Below are positions 1 to 10,085 of a DNA stretch of 64,000 nt, one piece after another. The DNA is taken from assembly GCA_032718475.1 (NCBI GenBank), contig JAUCBJ010001560.1, forward strand, positions 1-64,000. Reading direction: 5' to 3'. How positions within the stretch are numbered: the stretch's first letter is position 1; the number at the start of each line of letters is the position of its first letter. The stretch comes from Nemertoderma westbladi (taxonomy: Eukaryota > Animalia > Xenacoelomorpha). Below the pieces are notes generated by a model. The model did no database searches and was not told the origin of the DNA. It was given only the letters and a program-made list of their open reading frames with translations. The position numbers and the translations under genes were made by a program.

Positions 1-1
1 A

Positions 2-3000
2 CTAAATATTCTAAAGTTTGAAAAAAATAATCCAAATTATTTAATAAATTTATTGTATTTTGATAGAAGTAGTGAAAAAATTTCCTTTCTACGACAACCA
101 AGTGCTAAAAAAGCTGAAGGTAAAAGATTGCTAAATTTATTGCTTATTGAACGTCAAAATTTAACCTCAACAAATCACATCGTTGGGGTTTCTAACTTAA
201 ATAGATTATTTAATGGTCGTGGGGAAGGCAATAGCAACGATCATTGTCATCGTTGTGAGCGGTGTATTCGCGGTTTCTACAGTCCAAATGCGTTAGAACG
301 CCATAGATTATGGTGTTGGCAAGGCGGGCGCCAAATAGAGGAGATGCCATCTAAACTGAATTTACGCTTTACTAATTACTATAAGTCTGTGAGCACACCT
401 TTCATAGTATATATGGATTTCGAAGTGGTACTAGCCCCAAGAAATAATGTAAAAAAATATTATATAGCCGAACATCTCCCGTCGGCTGTTTCATATTTGA
501 TTGTCTCCAATGGTGAATTAATTAACCCCCCAAATTATTTTTTGTCTACATTTAGGCAAAATATCGATAATAACTCGGTACAGAATTTTATCGATAGTCT
601 GGTTTTTGATTTATTTAAGTGTTATGAATGGTCTACTTTTAACACACACCACCCCAAACACCTGGATCACACACAATACCAAGCTTATATGCGTACCACA
701 AATTGCTTTAATTGTAAATCATTTTTCCGGAAAGATATAAATCCAAGTGTGATGCATCACAACCATTACAATGGGGCTTTCATTGGTGCGGCGTGTATTT
801 CCTGTAATAAACAATTAAGCGTTAAACGTCACCTATTCCCAGTTGTCTGTCATAATTTTTTTTTTTATGATTCACATTTAATTTTACAAAAAGGGTTTGC
901 CGGTAGTAAATATAAAAATTGGAACATTGAAACCATTGCAAAAAATACTGAAAGATATATCTCACTCCGCATCGATATTCCAACGTCAGAAGCACTTAAC
1001 GTGCTTGGTTATGCTATTCCAGAAAAGGACGTAAGAGGGCTCCCAACCAGCAAATCAATAACTATACAGTTTATTGATTCATTCGCATTTATGGGATTTT
1101 CCCTTTCTGCTTTGGCTGGGTTTTTGACAAAAGATGTGTCAGATTTAACAACCGTTATTCCGCACACCGTGAAGCAAATGAGAAAATTATATCCAAATGT
1201 TACCGACGAAATTTTACGTCGTAAGTCAGTTTTTCCTTACGAATATGTCGATTCCTTAAGTAAATTGGAGGATACTAAATTACCACATCCAAAAGAGTTT
1301 TACAGTGAATTAACATTATCATCTATTAGCCCCGAAGAATATACATTTGCACATCTTTCGTGGGAGCAATTTCAATGTAAGACACTTTTTGATTATTTGG
1401 AAGCTTACTTACATCTTGACGTTTTGCTGCTAGCCGATATTTTTGAAAATTTTCGCGCATATTGTACTAAACATTATTCGCTTGAGGTGTCGAACTATTA
1501 CACGATGGCAGGGGTTAGTTGGGACGCGGCTTTGAGATTTTCCAAGTCACATATTCGTCTACTTGCAGACCATGAAATGTATTTAACATTCGAAAATTCC
1601 ATTAGGGGTGGGGTTTCTTACACCAACCTTCATATGGCAAATGCGAATATACCAGGCACAGAAACATACGACCCTAATAAACCTGAAGCTCATTTATATA
1701 ATTTAGATTTCAACAGTTTATATAGCGGTTCTTTGTCGGAGAAACTTCCTTATTCTGACTTTGAATGGTTGGATGTTGATAGTGTCGATATCATGAGTCT
1801 GGAAACTGACGATATATTTGGATACTTCGCAATTGTAGACCTTGAATACCCAATGTCTATTCATGATGCCACAGCTGAGCTTCCATTTGCACCGGAGCAT
1901 ATTAAACTCGATAGTAGGTATCTCAGCCCGCACATGAAAAGTCTTTGGCGACATTATAATGGTGATAAAATTTTCAATAGCCCAGCAAAAAAATTGATGT
2001 TAACCCAATTTGATAAGTATGAGTACGGCGTGCATCTAAAATTATTGCGCTTTTATATTCATCATGGTATGCGTTTGATTAAAGTTCATAAACTTATTAG
2101 ATTTAAGCAAGGTTACATTTTTAAGGATTTTATTGAATATAACACACAGCAAAGAAAAATTGCGCGCAATGACTTTTATGATAAGTTTCACAAAGGAACA
2201 AATAACGCGCTTTTCGGGAAAAGCATGGAGAATATACGGGACCGTGTCTCATTTCGCTTATGTAATTCAATCGAGAAATGTGACTTATTATTATCCAAGC
2301 CGAATCACGAAAATTTAATTATGTTCACTGATTCATTATCAGGTCACGTCCTATCTAAGGCTGCGGTTTGTTTGCATAAACCTATTTTTTTAGGCCAAGC
2401 TGTGTTGGACTTGTCAAAGTTAGATTACTACACTTTTTTCTACGATAAGTTAAAGCCCATGGAAGCCGAATTAAATTGTAGTATAAATTTGCTAGGTGGG
2501 GACACGGATTCTTTTTTTTTACAGTGTGTTGGTTTATCCCAACACCAATTTTTATCTGCGTTACAATCAAAAAAAGTTTTAGACTGTTCAAATTACCCTA
2601 TTACGCATCCGTTGTATACAGTAGAACAGAAAGGGAAATATAGATATTTAAAGGATGAAGGGAAGTCTATCCCGTTTGACCAGGTTATTTTACTTAGACC
2701 AAAATGTTATAGCTTTCGTGGGGGGTCAGTTCCAAAACGTGTCGCTAAAGGCGTAGGAAAAATGGTTATAAAAAAGAAACTCTCCCACGAATCATATTTA
2801 AAAGTATATAACGAGGTTAGCGAGCATTACGAATACAGTCAAAGGTTTCAATCTAATTTACATAAAATATACACCGTTTCACAAAGAAAAAAATCGCTAA
2901 CACTGTGGGAAGATAAAAGGTACTACACATCGACTAATGAAAGTCTACCTTACGGTCATTATAAAACACATTTGGATCGTAAAGCGCCTGCCCCTAAGCT

Positions 3001-3025
3001 TTATATGCCGCCCATTATAGAATAG
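2..3025 (+). CDS. Protein-primed family B DNA polymerase (pPolB), 5'-truncated by the window edge
   Basis: The frame is open from position 2 (LNILKFEKNNPNY...). Motifs: ExoI YMDFE, EndoVII-like Zn finger (CFNC...HHNHYNG...CISCN), ExoII HNFFFYD, ExoIII YLHLDVLLLADIFENFR, and polymerase motifs LDFNSLY, KGTNNALFGK, GDTDSF, KCY, AKGV. Confidence 0.97.
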   Translation, partial: LNILKFEKNNPNYLINLLYFDRSSEKISFLRQPSAKKAEGKRLLNLLLIERQNLTSTNHIVGVSNLNRLFNGRGEGNSNDHCHRCERCIRGFYSPNALERHRLWCWQGGRQIEEMPSKLNLRFTNYYKSVSTPFIVYMDFEVVLAPRNNVKKYYIAEHLPSAVSYLIVSNGELINPPNYFLSTFRQNIDNNSVQNFIDSLVFDLFKCYEWSTFNTHHPKHLDHTQYQAYMRTTNCFNCKSFFRKDINPSVMHHNHYNGAFIGAACISCNKQLSVKRHLFPVVCHNFFFYDSHLILQKGFAGSKYKNWNIETIAKNTERYISLRIDIPTSEALNVLGYAIPEKDVRGLPTSKSITIQFIDSFAFMGFSLSALAGFLTKDVSDLTTVIPHTVKQMRKLYPNVTDEILRRKSVFPYEYVDSLSKLEDTKLPHPKEFYSELTLSSISPEEYTFAHLSWEQFQCKTLFDYLEAYLHLDVLLLADIFENFRAYCTKHYSLEVSNYYTMAGVSWDAALRFSKSHIRLLADHEMYLTFENSIRGGVSYTNLHMANANIPGTETYDPNKPEAHLYNLDFNSLYSGSLSEKLPYSDFEWLDVDSVDIMSLETDDIFGYFAIVDLEYPMSIHDATAELPFAPEHIKLDSRYLSPHMKSLWRHYNGDKIFNSPAKKLMLTQFDKYEYGVHLKLLRFYIHHGMRLIKVHKLIRFKQGYIFKDFIEYNTQQRKIARNDFYDKFHKGTNNALFGKSMENIRDRVSFRLCNSIEKCDLLLSKPNHENLIMFTDSLSGHVLSKAAVCLHKPIFLGQAVLDLSKLDYYTFFYDKLKPMEAELNCSINLLGGDTDSFFLQCVGLSQHQFLSALQSKKVLDCSNYPITHPLYTVEQKGKYRYLKDEGKSIPFDQVILLRPKCYSFRGGSVPKRVAKGVGKMVIKKKLSHESYLKVYNEVSEHYEYSQRFQSNLHKIYTVSQRKKSLTLWEDKRYYTSTNESLPYGHYKTHLDRKAPAPKLYMPPIIE

Positions 3026-3034
3026 CGGATTGCG

Positions 3035-3595
3035 ATGTCTTTTAGTATTGTCAACAGTAATATAAGTTTGAGGTTGGGTGATGGGTGCATATCATTCGAT
3101 GTGCTGGCTAAACGAATTCGAAATGGAAAACTCATCTTAAAGCCTTACCAATATATCGCCAAAATTTGCGGATGGACGTGTCTCTTTTTCCCGAGCGGTA
3201 AGGTCACTGTACTCGGTAAATCACCTAAAATAAAAAAAATTATTAAGTATATATATAAGCATACTGATTATAAACTAACTTTTATTTCAATCAATAGCCA
3301 AACTTATATTATTAACAATCTAGACATAGACTATAGCAAATTAATGAAAACGGTTGGGTTTCATTTTTTAGATAATTATTATAATGTGGAGGTGAAATAT
3401 GAGCCGGAGATATTTAATAATATTCTTGTGCAGTTTTATCGTCGGGGTAAAACTAGTTCTAATATCATAACATTTTGCGTTTTTTACACACGAAATGTTG
3501 TGTGTATGGCAAGACCCGAGATATTTCGAGTATTTTTTCCAAAGTTTTTGAATTTTATCGGTAATTTAGATAGTCATTTAGGTAGAAATATTTAA
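3035..3595 (+). CDS. TATA-binding protein (TBP)-like protein, Polinton-encoded
   Basis: 186 aa, about the size of a TBP core. TCLFFPSGKVTVLG resembles TBP TALIFSSGKMVCTG, YEPEIF resembles YEPELF, and FCVFYTRNVVCM resembles LLIFVSGKVVLT. The N-terminal IVN...LG...LAKRIRN resembles LQN...LG...IALRARN. Confidence 0.8.
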   Translation: MSFSIVNSNISLRLGDGCISFDVLAKRIRNGKLILKPYQYIAKICGWTCLFFPSGKVTVLGKSPKIKKIIKYIYKHTDYKLTFISINSQTYIINNLDIDYSKLMKTVGFHFLDNYYNVEVKYEPEIFNNILVQFYRRGKTSSNIITFCVFYTRNVVCMARPEIFRVFFPKFLNFIGNLDSHLGRNI

Positions 3596-4300
3596 TTTTT
3601 TCATTTTTTGGTGTCAGTTTTAGGTTTGTCCGGTGGGATCTCGTTAGGTTTTTAAATAAACGTGGATATTACCATTATTCACATTATATATATAACGTGT
3701 TTTATCGGTAGTCTTAGGTTGTCAAGGGTGCTGATTTCATTTCTGATGTCAGTTTTAAATTTACATAAATCTAGTCTATCTGTCTTCGGTTTGTCAGTCT
3801 TTCTGTCAGTCAGCCAGTCTGTCAAAACTTAAAAAAGTTTGAATTTTATTAGTAATTTGGGTAGTAATATTTAATTAGAAATTTCATAAAAATTTTTCGA
3901 AAAATTAAAATGTTCGTTTTTGAAAAATTTAAAAATTTTGAAAGTTTGCCCTTTAGGATCTCGTTTGGTTTTTAAATGCGGATATTATCATTGTTCCCTT
4001 GATATATATATATATAATGTGTTTTATTGATGGTCTTGGGTTTTAGGGGGTGCTGATTTCATTTCTGATGTCAGTTTTTACATTTACATAAATCTAGTCT
4101 GTCTGTCTGTCGGTCTGTCAGTCAGTCAGTCTGTTAAAACTTAAAAAAGTTTGAATTTTATTAGTAATTTGGGTAGTAATATTTAATTAGAAATTTCATA
4201 AAATTTTTCGAAAAATTAAAAGTTTCATTTTTGAATAATTTCGAAATTTTGTAGGTTTGTCCTGTGGGATCTCGTTTGGTTTTTTAAACGTGGATTTGTG
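3540..4300. repeat. Imperfect ~315-320 bp tandem duplication (about 2.5 units) in the Polinton intergenic region
   Basis: gtgctgatttcatttctgatgtcagtttt occurs at 3728 and 4050; ggatctcgtt(a/t)ggttttt occurs at ~3636, ~3956 and ~4267; a short CTGT/CAGT microsatellite lies in the two complete units. Confidence 0.85.
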
Positions 4301-4468
4301 TTCTTAATTATTGATGTTAGGTTTTAAAGAGTGCCGGTTTCTATAATTGCTCGGTTTTATCGCGTGAAAAACCCCACCCACGCATATAATCGATACTATT
4401 TATAACGGTGGTGGTGTTTTATTACTTACTATTATTGTTCTCGTTTATATAAGTTATTAATATATGTA

Positions 4469-4873
4469 ATGAAATCACTCAAAGCTTTAATTAAACAATT
4501 TGACGGGGATTTAAAGTTCTTATCTAACGCCTCCCCCAACCGTAGAAAAACCTTCTTACGTGTCGGCGGAACCGACGAACTTATAAGTTTTCTAATTAAT
4601 ATTATTCTAAATGTATTAAATGGTAACGTAAAAATTCCTGAGCAAACAATCGCGAGGTTAAAACGCCATAAAAAAACAATACGCGAGATCGCTAAAAAAC
4701 CAAAAGCCAAGTATCCCATTCGAATTTATCGTAAACGATTGGTGCAAAGGGGCGGATTTATAAATCTACTAATCTCTGGTTTAATGAGTGGGCTTAACGC
4801 TTATCAGAAAATATCACCCATAATTAACGGCTGTAAGAGGCAGAAAATTAGCCCAATCCCGCCGGGGGTATAG
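4469..4873 (+). CDS. Conserved small basic Polinton protein (core/membrane-active precursor-like)
   Basis: NIILNVLNGNVKI...RLKRHKKTIREIA...LVQRGGFINLLISGL matches the small Maverick ORF usually found upstream of the ATPase. QRGG/F is a candidate adenain site followed by an amphipathic segment. Confidence 0.8.
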   Translation: MKSLKALIKQFDGDLKFLSNASPNRRKTFLRVGGTDELISFLINIILNVLNGNVKIPEQTIARLKRHKKTIREIAKKPKAKYPIRIYRKRLVQRGGFINLLISGLMSGLNAYQKISPIINGCKRQKISPIPPGV

Positions 4874-4948
4874 ACCTACTACCTCTGGCACACGCGTCAA
4901 CCGTCAAGTTTCTAGGTTTCCCATCTACTGAGTGGCTACCTATCAACA

Positions 4949-5659
4949 ATGTCCCGAGAGCCGACGATATCGCGGGAACCAATCACATCATACGACGCCT
5001 CTTTCAAGATGGGTTCGGCCATGATTATTGCGGGTCCAAGTTCTTCCGGAAAAACAGTGTTGGTATCAAAAATTGTAAAAAATAAAAATTTAGTTTTTGA
5101 TATAACCCCGAAGCGTGTATTATTCTTTTATGGCGCCACCCCACCAGAATTCCCGGGTATAACACATCTATTCAAAGGTTTACCGCAAAAAATTAATTCT
5201 ATTTTCCGCGAAAACGATCTAATTATTATAGACGACTTGTTAAGCGAAAGTAAGAGTGATGAGAGTTTGACAGAAAGCTTCACAAAAACCTGCCATCATA
5301 CTTCCTGTTTCATTATCTATATAACACAAAATTTCTTCAGTAAAGGGGTGGAAACACGGACTAGAAGTCTAAATGCCCAATATTGTATTTTCACAAAAAA
5401 TCCCCGCGACGCAAGTCAAATAAGCTATATAGCGCGGCAAGTGTACCCAAAAAATAGCAATTTTATTGTTCAAGCATATAGTGACGCCACACAAAAACCA
5501 TTCACACACCTTCTCTTAGACTTTCATCAAAAAACGGATGATAGTATAAGAGTTAGGGGTGATATTTTCAACCCATTAGGACAAACTGTTTATCAACCCG
5601 CGAATATGAACTCTAACACACCTCACCAACGCCCCGAGGCCCAGTCTATACCGCAGTAG
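4949..5659 (+). CDS. A32/FtsK-HerA-like DNA packaging ATPase
   Basis: Walker A GPSSSGKT, Walker B IIIDD, ITQN motif, RSLNAQY...KNPRD. Confidence 0.96.
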   Translation: MSREPTISREPITSYDASFKMGSAMIIAGPSSSGKTVLVSKIVKNKNLVFDITPKRVLFFYGATPPEFPGITHLFKGLPQKINSIFRENDLIIIDDLLSESKSDESLTESFTKTCHHTSCFIIYITQNFFSKGVETRTRSLNAQYCIFTKNPRDASQISYIARQVYPKNSNFIVQAYSDATQKPFTHLLLDFHQKTDDSIRVRGDIFNPLGQTVYQPANMNSNTPHQRPEAQSIPQ

Positions 5660-5780
5660 CGACGCCGCGCTAAAACCATTTTCACACATTGTTTAGACTT
5701 TCACCGAAATTAGGTTATTATCGGTCCATGAACGTGAACTCTAGTATATAGTATTAATATATTAATAATGATATATAACG

Positions 5781-6242
5781 ATGAAAAATAACGAGATTAG
5801 CCTCGGAAATTTTAAGAAGTTGTATCTAGTTTCTACTTTATTAACGGATACTTATAATAATAATAATAAGAAAAGCAATAATATAATACAACCGCTAGAT
5901 GGTGTGACAATTTCATCCCAGAAAGCCAAACGATTGTTGAGTTATTTGATGCGATTCTCGCGAGACAGAGTACGGTGGAACGATAATAATAAACTCTATA
6001 TAGAAAATAAACTTATTCCCGGAGCAAATATTGATCATTTGATTGAATTGCTGACTACAAAAAAAAATAAGAAAAACACCGAAATAATTCCAGGACAAGC
6101 AACATTTTTGGGGTTATTAAAACGATTAAGGATACCAAAACGATTAATTGGTCGCGGTTGGTTGAAACGGCAAAGGGTCCGCGTGACCCCTTCCAACACA
6201 AAACGCGCCGACGCGTGGAAACAATACGTAGGACTACAATAA
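5781..6242 (+). CDS. Conserved Polinton hypothetical protein between ATPase and integrase
   Basis: KAKRLL...VRWND..LYI..KLIPGANIDHLI...PG..TF...L..LRIP..LIG is the pattern typical of this Maverick ORF. Confidence 0.75.
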   Translation: MKNNEISLGNFKKLYLVSTLLTDTYNNNNKKSNNIIQPLDGVTISSQKAKRLLSYLMRFSRDRVRWNDNNKLYIENKLIPGANIDHLIELLTTKKNKKNTEIIPGQATFLGLLKRLRIPKRLIGRGWLKRQRVRVTPSNTKRADAWKQYVGLQ

Positions 6243-6366
6243 ATCGACGTGTGGAAACAAAGCGCAGGATAACATTAAAATAGTAGTAGTAGTATGTTTT
6301 TTGAACGTTTCATATTAAGTATTAACTGTCATTGCAAGTGTTTTCTTCCACGACACGACACAACCG

Positions 6367-7452
6367 ATGGGGAGAATCGTAGAAAATCGAACAAACAAAC
6401 GACTGGGAAGAATATATTACGATGTTTCAAATGCTGCCGGTTTCGCGAGCGTAACCAAACTAGCGAAAGCCGCTAAAGTTACGAGAAATCGCGCAAAAGA
6501 ATGGTTGAGCTCCCAACGAACGTATTCCCTACACGCGCCGGCTAGGCGCCATTACCCGACATCAAAAATCTTCACGAGCGGTATTGGTGATCTATACCAA
6601 GCGGATTTGTGCGATATGCAACCTTTTAGGGGTGAGAATAATGGCTACGGTTACATACTTACTTGTATTGACTGTTTTAGTCGGAAGGCGTGGGCGTTGG
6701 GTCTAAAACGTAAAACAGGGGTCGAAATTAAAAGGGCCCTAGCCGCGATATTTGAAGATAGAAAACCTAAACGGCTAGCGGTTGATCAAGGAACTGAGTT
6801 TGTTAATAAATTGGTGAAAGATTTCTTACTGAACAATAATGTTCATTTTTATACTTTAGTTAGCCAATTTAAAGCTAGTATCTGTGAAAGGCTGAATCGC
6901 ACCCTCAAATCTCGCATGTACAGAATTTTCACGAGGAAACAGAATAGAGAATGGATGGGTATATTGCCAAAAATATTGGTTGCATATAATAATTCAATAC
7001 ATAGAACCATTGGTATGGCCCCAAACTCTGTCAATAAAAAGAATGAAACTGACCTATTTTTAAAACTATATGGGAGTGTGGGTCATCCCAATAAAAGAAA
7101 ACGCCGTGCGCAGCGTCGAGTTCATTTCAAGGTTGGTGATAAGGTGCGGCTGAGTTTAGCTAGAAAGCCATTTGACAAAGGTTATACACCTAATTATACT
7201 GTAGAAATTTTCAAAATTTACAGAATAAGATTGGATCGAGAGCCGTACCCTATGTACGAAGTTGCGGACTCGAATGGGCGCGTTATAAAGGGGACATTTT
7301 ATCGGCATGAAATCCAAAAGGTAATAGAACCATTTCAATTCCTACCAATTGAAAAAATAATTAAAGAAAAAGTAAATAAAAGCGGCAAAAAGCAATATTT
7401 GGTTAAATTTGCTGGTTTTGCGGCACATCGGTGGGTTGATCACGTACAATAA
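6367..7452 (+). CDS. Retroviral-like (rve) DDE integrase with short C-terminal chromodomain-like tail
   Basis: Catalytic triad in YQADLCDM / AVDQGTEF / ICERLNRTLK; YNNSIHRTIGMAP; FKVGDKVR; tail IEKIIKEK...QYLVKFAGF...WV. Confidence 0.96.
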   Translation: MGRIVENRTNKRLGRIYYDVSNAAGFASVTKLAKAAKVTRNRAKEWLSSQRTYSLHAPARRHYPTSKIFTSGIGDLYQADLCDMQPFRGENNGYGYILTCIDCFSRKAWALGLKRKTGVEIKRALAAIFEDRKPKRLAVDQGTEFVNKLVKDFLLNNNVHFYTLVSQFKASICERLNRTLKSRMYRIFTRKQNREWMGILPKILVAYNNSIHRTIGMAPNSVNKKNETDLFLKLYGSVGHPNKRKRRAQRRVHFKVGDKVRLSLARKPFDKGYTPNYTVEIFKIYRIRLDREPYPMYEVADSNGRVIKGTFYRHEIQKVIEPFQFLPIEKIIKEKVNKSGKKQYLVKFAGFAAHRWVDHVQ

Positions 7453-7466
7453 TTAATTATATTATT

Positions 7467-8351
7467 ATGGATTACTTACATTTAACGTTGACTTCCAACG
7501 CCAGTCTAGATAAATATCCTGATAACACTCCCAGCGATTTCACGATTGAGTTGTCCAAACCTATCCCCGTCAGCACAGATTGGGTCGTGGGTCTAAAGGA
7601 AATACAGTATGTGTCGACCTATAGAAATATTGAACAAAGATCTGGAATTAGAATTGGTGAATATATGGTTGATGAGGATTTGGAATTTCATATAGCTCCA
7701 TACAATCTTATAGAAATCGATTTTAATCTTGGTCTATATGCTTCTATTGAGTCAATTTTAAACCATATTAGTGTTTATTTGAAAAATCCCGCAATATCCC
7801 ACCACGGTTTCAAAGATGTTAAGTTTAACTACCAAAAACATACATCAAAAATTCGTCTACATTGTGAGAAAGGCCGCTATTTCCAATTCTATGGAGATAT
7901 AATAAATATTTTCGGGTTATCGAGTTTAAAAAATAATTTAATGGGTCTTGGGGCGCTTTGGGCAATACACTATAACAAAGATGATGATTTATTGAACTTA
8001 GGCTGTAAAGATACAAACAAAGCGGATGGAGTTGAATTCCCCGAACCTTGCGATATAACGAGGGATAGACACACAATGTTTATATATACAGATATGATTG
8101 AATCTTCTCACGTAGGACATTCGATGGCGCCTCTTTTGCGGATAATCCCTTTGAAATGGGAACCATACTCATTCATCAACCTGGAATTCAAAAACACACA
8201 TTACAAACAATTAAGAAATAAAAAAGTGCTCGACACAATTAGTATAACGCTTCGCGACCATAAAGGAAAGCATATAGTCTTTCATGGGGGTAAAACAATT
8301 TTAGTTCTAGAACTCAAAAAACAACAACGGCGGCAAAAACTACAAGAATGA
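7467..8351 (+). CDS. Minor capsid protein (penton, PX), paralog 1
   Basis: LTLTSNAS..YPDNTPSDFTIELSKPI...WVVGLKEIQY at the N-terminus; MFIYTDMIE...VG...APLLRII...HY...ISITLRD..G..I.F at the C-terminus. Confidence 0.9.
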   Translation: MDYLHLTLTSNASLDKYPDNTPSDFTIELSKPIPVSTDWVVGLKEIQYVSTYRNIEQRSGIRIGEYMVDEDLEFHIAPYNLIEIDFNLGLYASIESILNHISVYLKNPAISHHGFKDVKFNYQKHTSKIRLHCEKGRYFQFYGDIINIFGLSSLKNNLMGLGALWAIHYNKDDDLLNLGCKDTNKADGVEFPEPCDITRDRHTMFIYTDMIESSHVGHSMAPLLRIIPLKWEPYSFINLEFKNTHYKQLRNKKVLDTISITLRDHKGKHIVFHGGKTILVLELKKQQRRQKLQE

Positions 8352-9151
8352 ACAGTTATTACGTTGTACTACCCTCAAACGCAAACCCCATAGAATTCCC
8401 GCGTAATAGCGCCGGCGATTTCCAAACAAATTTGCAAATTCCTTTACCTTTCGCTAAAGGGCAATGGTTAATAGGTTTAACCGGTATAACGTACGTATCT
8501 AGTATCAGGTATGACAATAGCGACATTTATATAAAGGCCATAAAAAATAAAAAAATGTTTACAAGAGATGTTACTCTCCCCGAAGGATCTTTCCTATCAT
8601 TGGAAAGGATCATTGAGTACTTCAACAAAAGCCTTATTAAAGGCCAAATTAATATAATTGATAATACAGCACGCTCTGGTAATATAACCATACATTTTAA
8701 AGGTAAACAGTTGTCGATATTTGTCAGTAAACGTTTGGGTGGTTACCTAGGATTAACAGAACACGAGGTTGATGGCAAAGGTTTTATGTGTGTGCAAAAT
8801 GCTGCGGGGGATTATCACTTGCTAAGGATTGATTCGCGGAATAATAAGTACGACTGCCATAAGCATCCTAATGCTGTCGAAATACTGGAACCCAACATAA
8901 ATATACATATCAATTGCGTCGAACCTCAATTTGTAGACAATAGCGAATACCCTCTGTTGCGTAGCATACCCATAGAAGGGGAATATGGGCAAATTATTAG
9001 TCGTGAAGTTGAGGAAGTCTACTATAAAAAAGTTAATTCAACATCTAATTTACGTTATATACGAGTTCGATTGATTGGAGATTCCGGAAATTTGTTGCGC
9101 TTTCATTATGGAAATTCAATATTGACGCTTCATTTTATACGAATTGATTGA
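8348..9151 (+). CDS. Minor capsid protein (penton, PX), paralog 2
   Basis: YYVVLPSNA...FPRNSAGDFQTNL..PL...WLIGLTGITY; VEPQFV...PLLRSI...YYKKV...IRVRL....G....F..G...LTLHF. The start overlaps the paralog 1 stop (ATGA). Confidence 0.88.
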   Translation: MNSYYVVLPSNANPIEFPRNSAGDFQTNLQIPLPFAKGQWLIGLTGITYVSSIRYDNSDIYIKAIKNKKMFTRDVTLPEGSFLSLERIIEYFNKSLIKGQINIIDNTARSGNITIHFKGKQLSIFVSKRLGGYLGLTEHEVDGKGFMCVQNAAGDYHLLRIDSRNNKYDCHKHPNAVEILEPNINIHINCVEPQFVDNSEYPLLRSIPIEGEYGQIISREVEEVYYKKVNSTSNLRYIRVRLIGDSGNLLRFHYGNSILTLHFIRID

Positions 9152-9225
9152 GATAGTCACAATTTAATCGATGTAAATTATTTATTATTTATTATTATCT
9201 GATTATCTGAAGTTATAGCGACTAT

Positions 9226-9822
9226 ATGGATAAATTTCTAAGTCGCAGCCGTGGGCGTGATTATTACCCGACGCTGGAAAACCCGGGAATAATAGTAGAT
9301 TTCCAATATTATACGCATCTTCCGCAGATCGACCAACACCCCGTTGCAACCATTTATTTTAAAGAGTTTGCGGCTTATAATACTACCATCAAATCATTAG
9401 AAAACGTATGGTTTATTAATGGTCCACCTGCAAAAATTTTAAGTTTAAGCGAATACGACCGTCTCACACAACTCGCCAATATTACGCATCACATTAATTT
9501 TGACTACGGATTTATGGACCAAAGCGCATTTAAAATGTACATACAGGAATGGTTACAAGAAAAAAAACGGTTGGGGTTTCAAATATTAATACGCGGAATA
9601 CCGAAATTATTTATTTTAAAAAATGAATTTAATGTGAATGGAACACTTCTAGAAACGTACGGCATAAACGAAAAATATGTTGATTATGACACCAAATGCC
9701 TTTTTCACGATTTTTCGGCAATAACAAATTGTGCCTACCATTCTGATAATAGTGATTTTTGTTTTAATTATTGTTCTGCGAAACTCGCGGTTGGTTATGG
9801 GAAATGGTTGTCGTCGAATTAA
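9226..9822 (+). CDS. Polinton accessory protein, probable degenerate DEDD/DnaQ-like exonuclease fold with Cys/His tail
   Basis: IIVDFQ...FKEFA...HHINFDYG...ILIRG..K...C..H....C..H...C resembles a recurrent Maverick ORF. The fold assignment is an inference. Confidence 0.55.
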   Translation: MDKFLSRSRGRDYYPTLENPGIIVDFQYYTHLPQIDQHPVATIYFKEFAAYNTTIKSLENVWFINGPPAKILSLSEYDRLTQLANITHHINFDYGFMDQSAFKMYIQEWLQEKKRLGFQILIRGIPKLFILKNEFNVNGTLLETYGINEKYVDYDTKCLFHDFSAITNCAYHSDNSDFCFNYCSAKLAVGYGKWLSSN

Positions 9823-10079
9823 TGTATATATAATTAATTATTGCGTTATTATATGCTACTTATATTTGTAGATTACACATATACGTATGTAGTAAAGAAT
9901 TATTATTATATGTTATAATAAATACTCCTGCGAAACTCGCGGTTGGTTATGGGAAATGGTTGTCGGCGAATTAATGTATATATAATTAATTATTGCGTTA
10001 TTATATGCTACTTATATTTGTAGATTACACATATACGTATGTAGTAAAGAATTATTATTATATGTTATAATAAATACTC
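9776..10079. repeat. Near-perfect 152-bp tandem duplication covering the 3' end, stop codon and AATAAA of ORF 9226-9822
   Basis: ctgcgaaactcgcggttggttatggg...aataaatactc occurs at 9776-9927 and 9928-10079. Confidence 0.95.
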
Positions 10080-10085
10080 ATAATA

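Noticed and set aside
6281-6293. AGTAGTAGT resembling a Polinton terminus
   Set aside because: Internal, between core genes, with no TIR; treated as a microsatellite.
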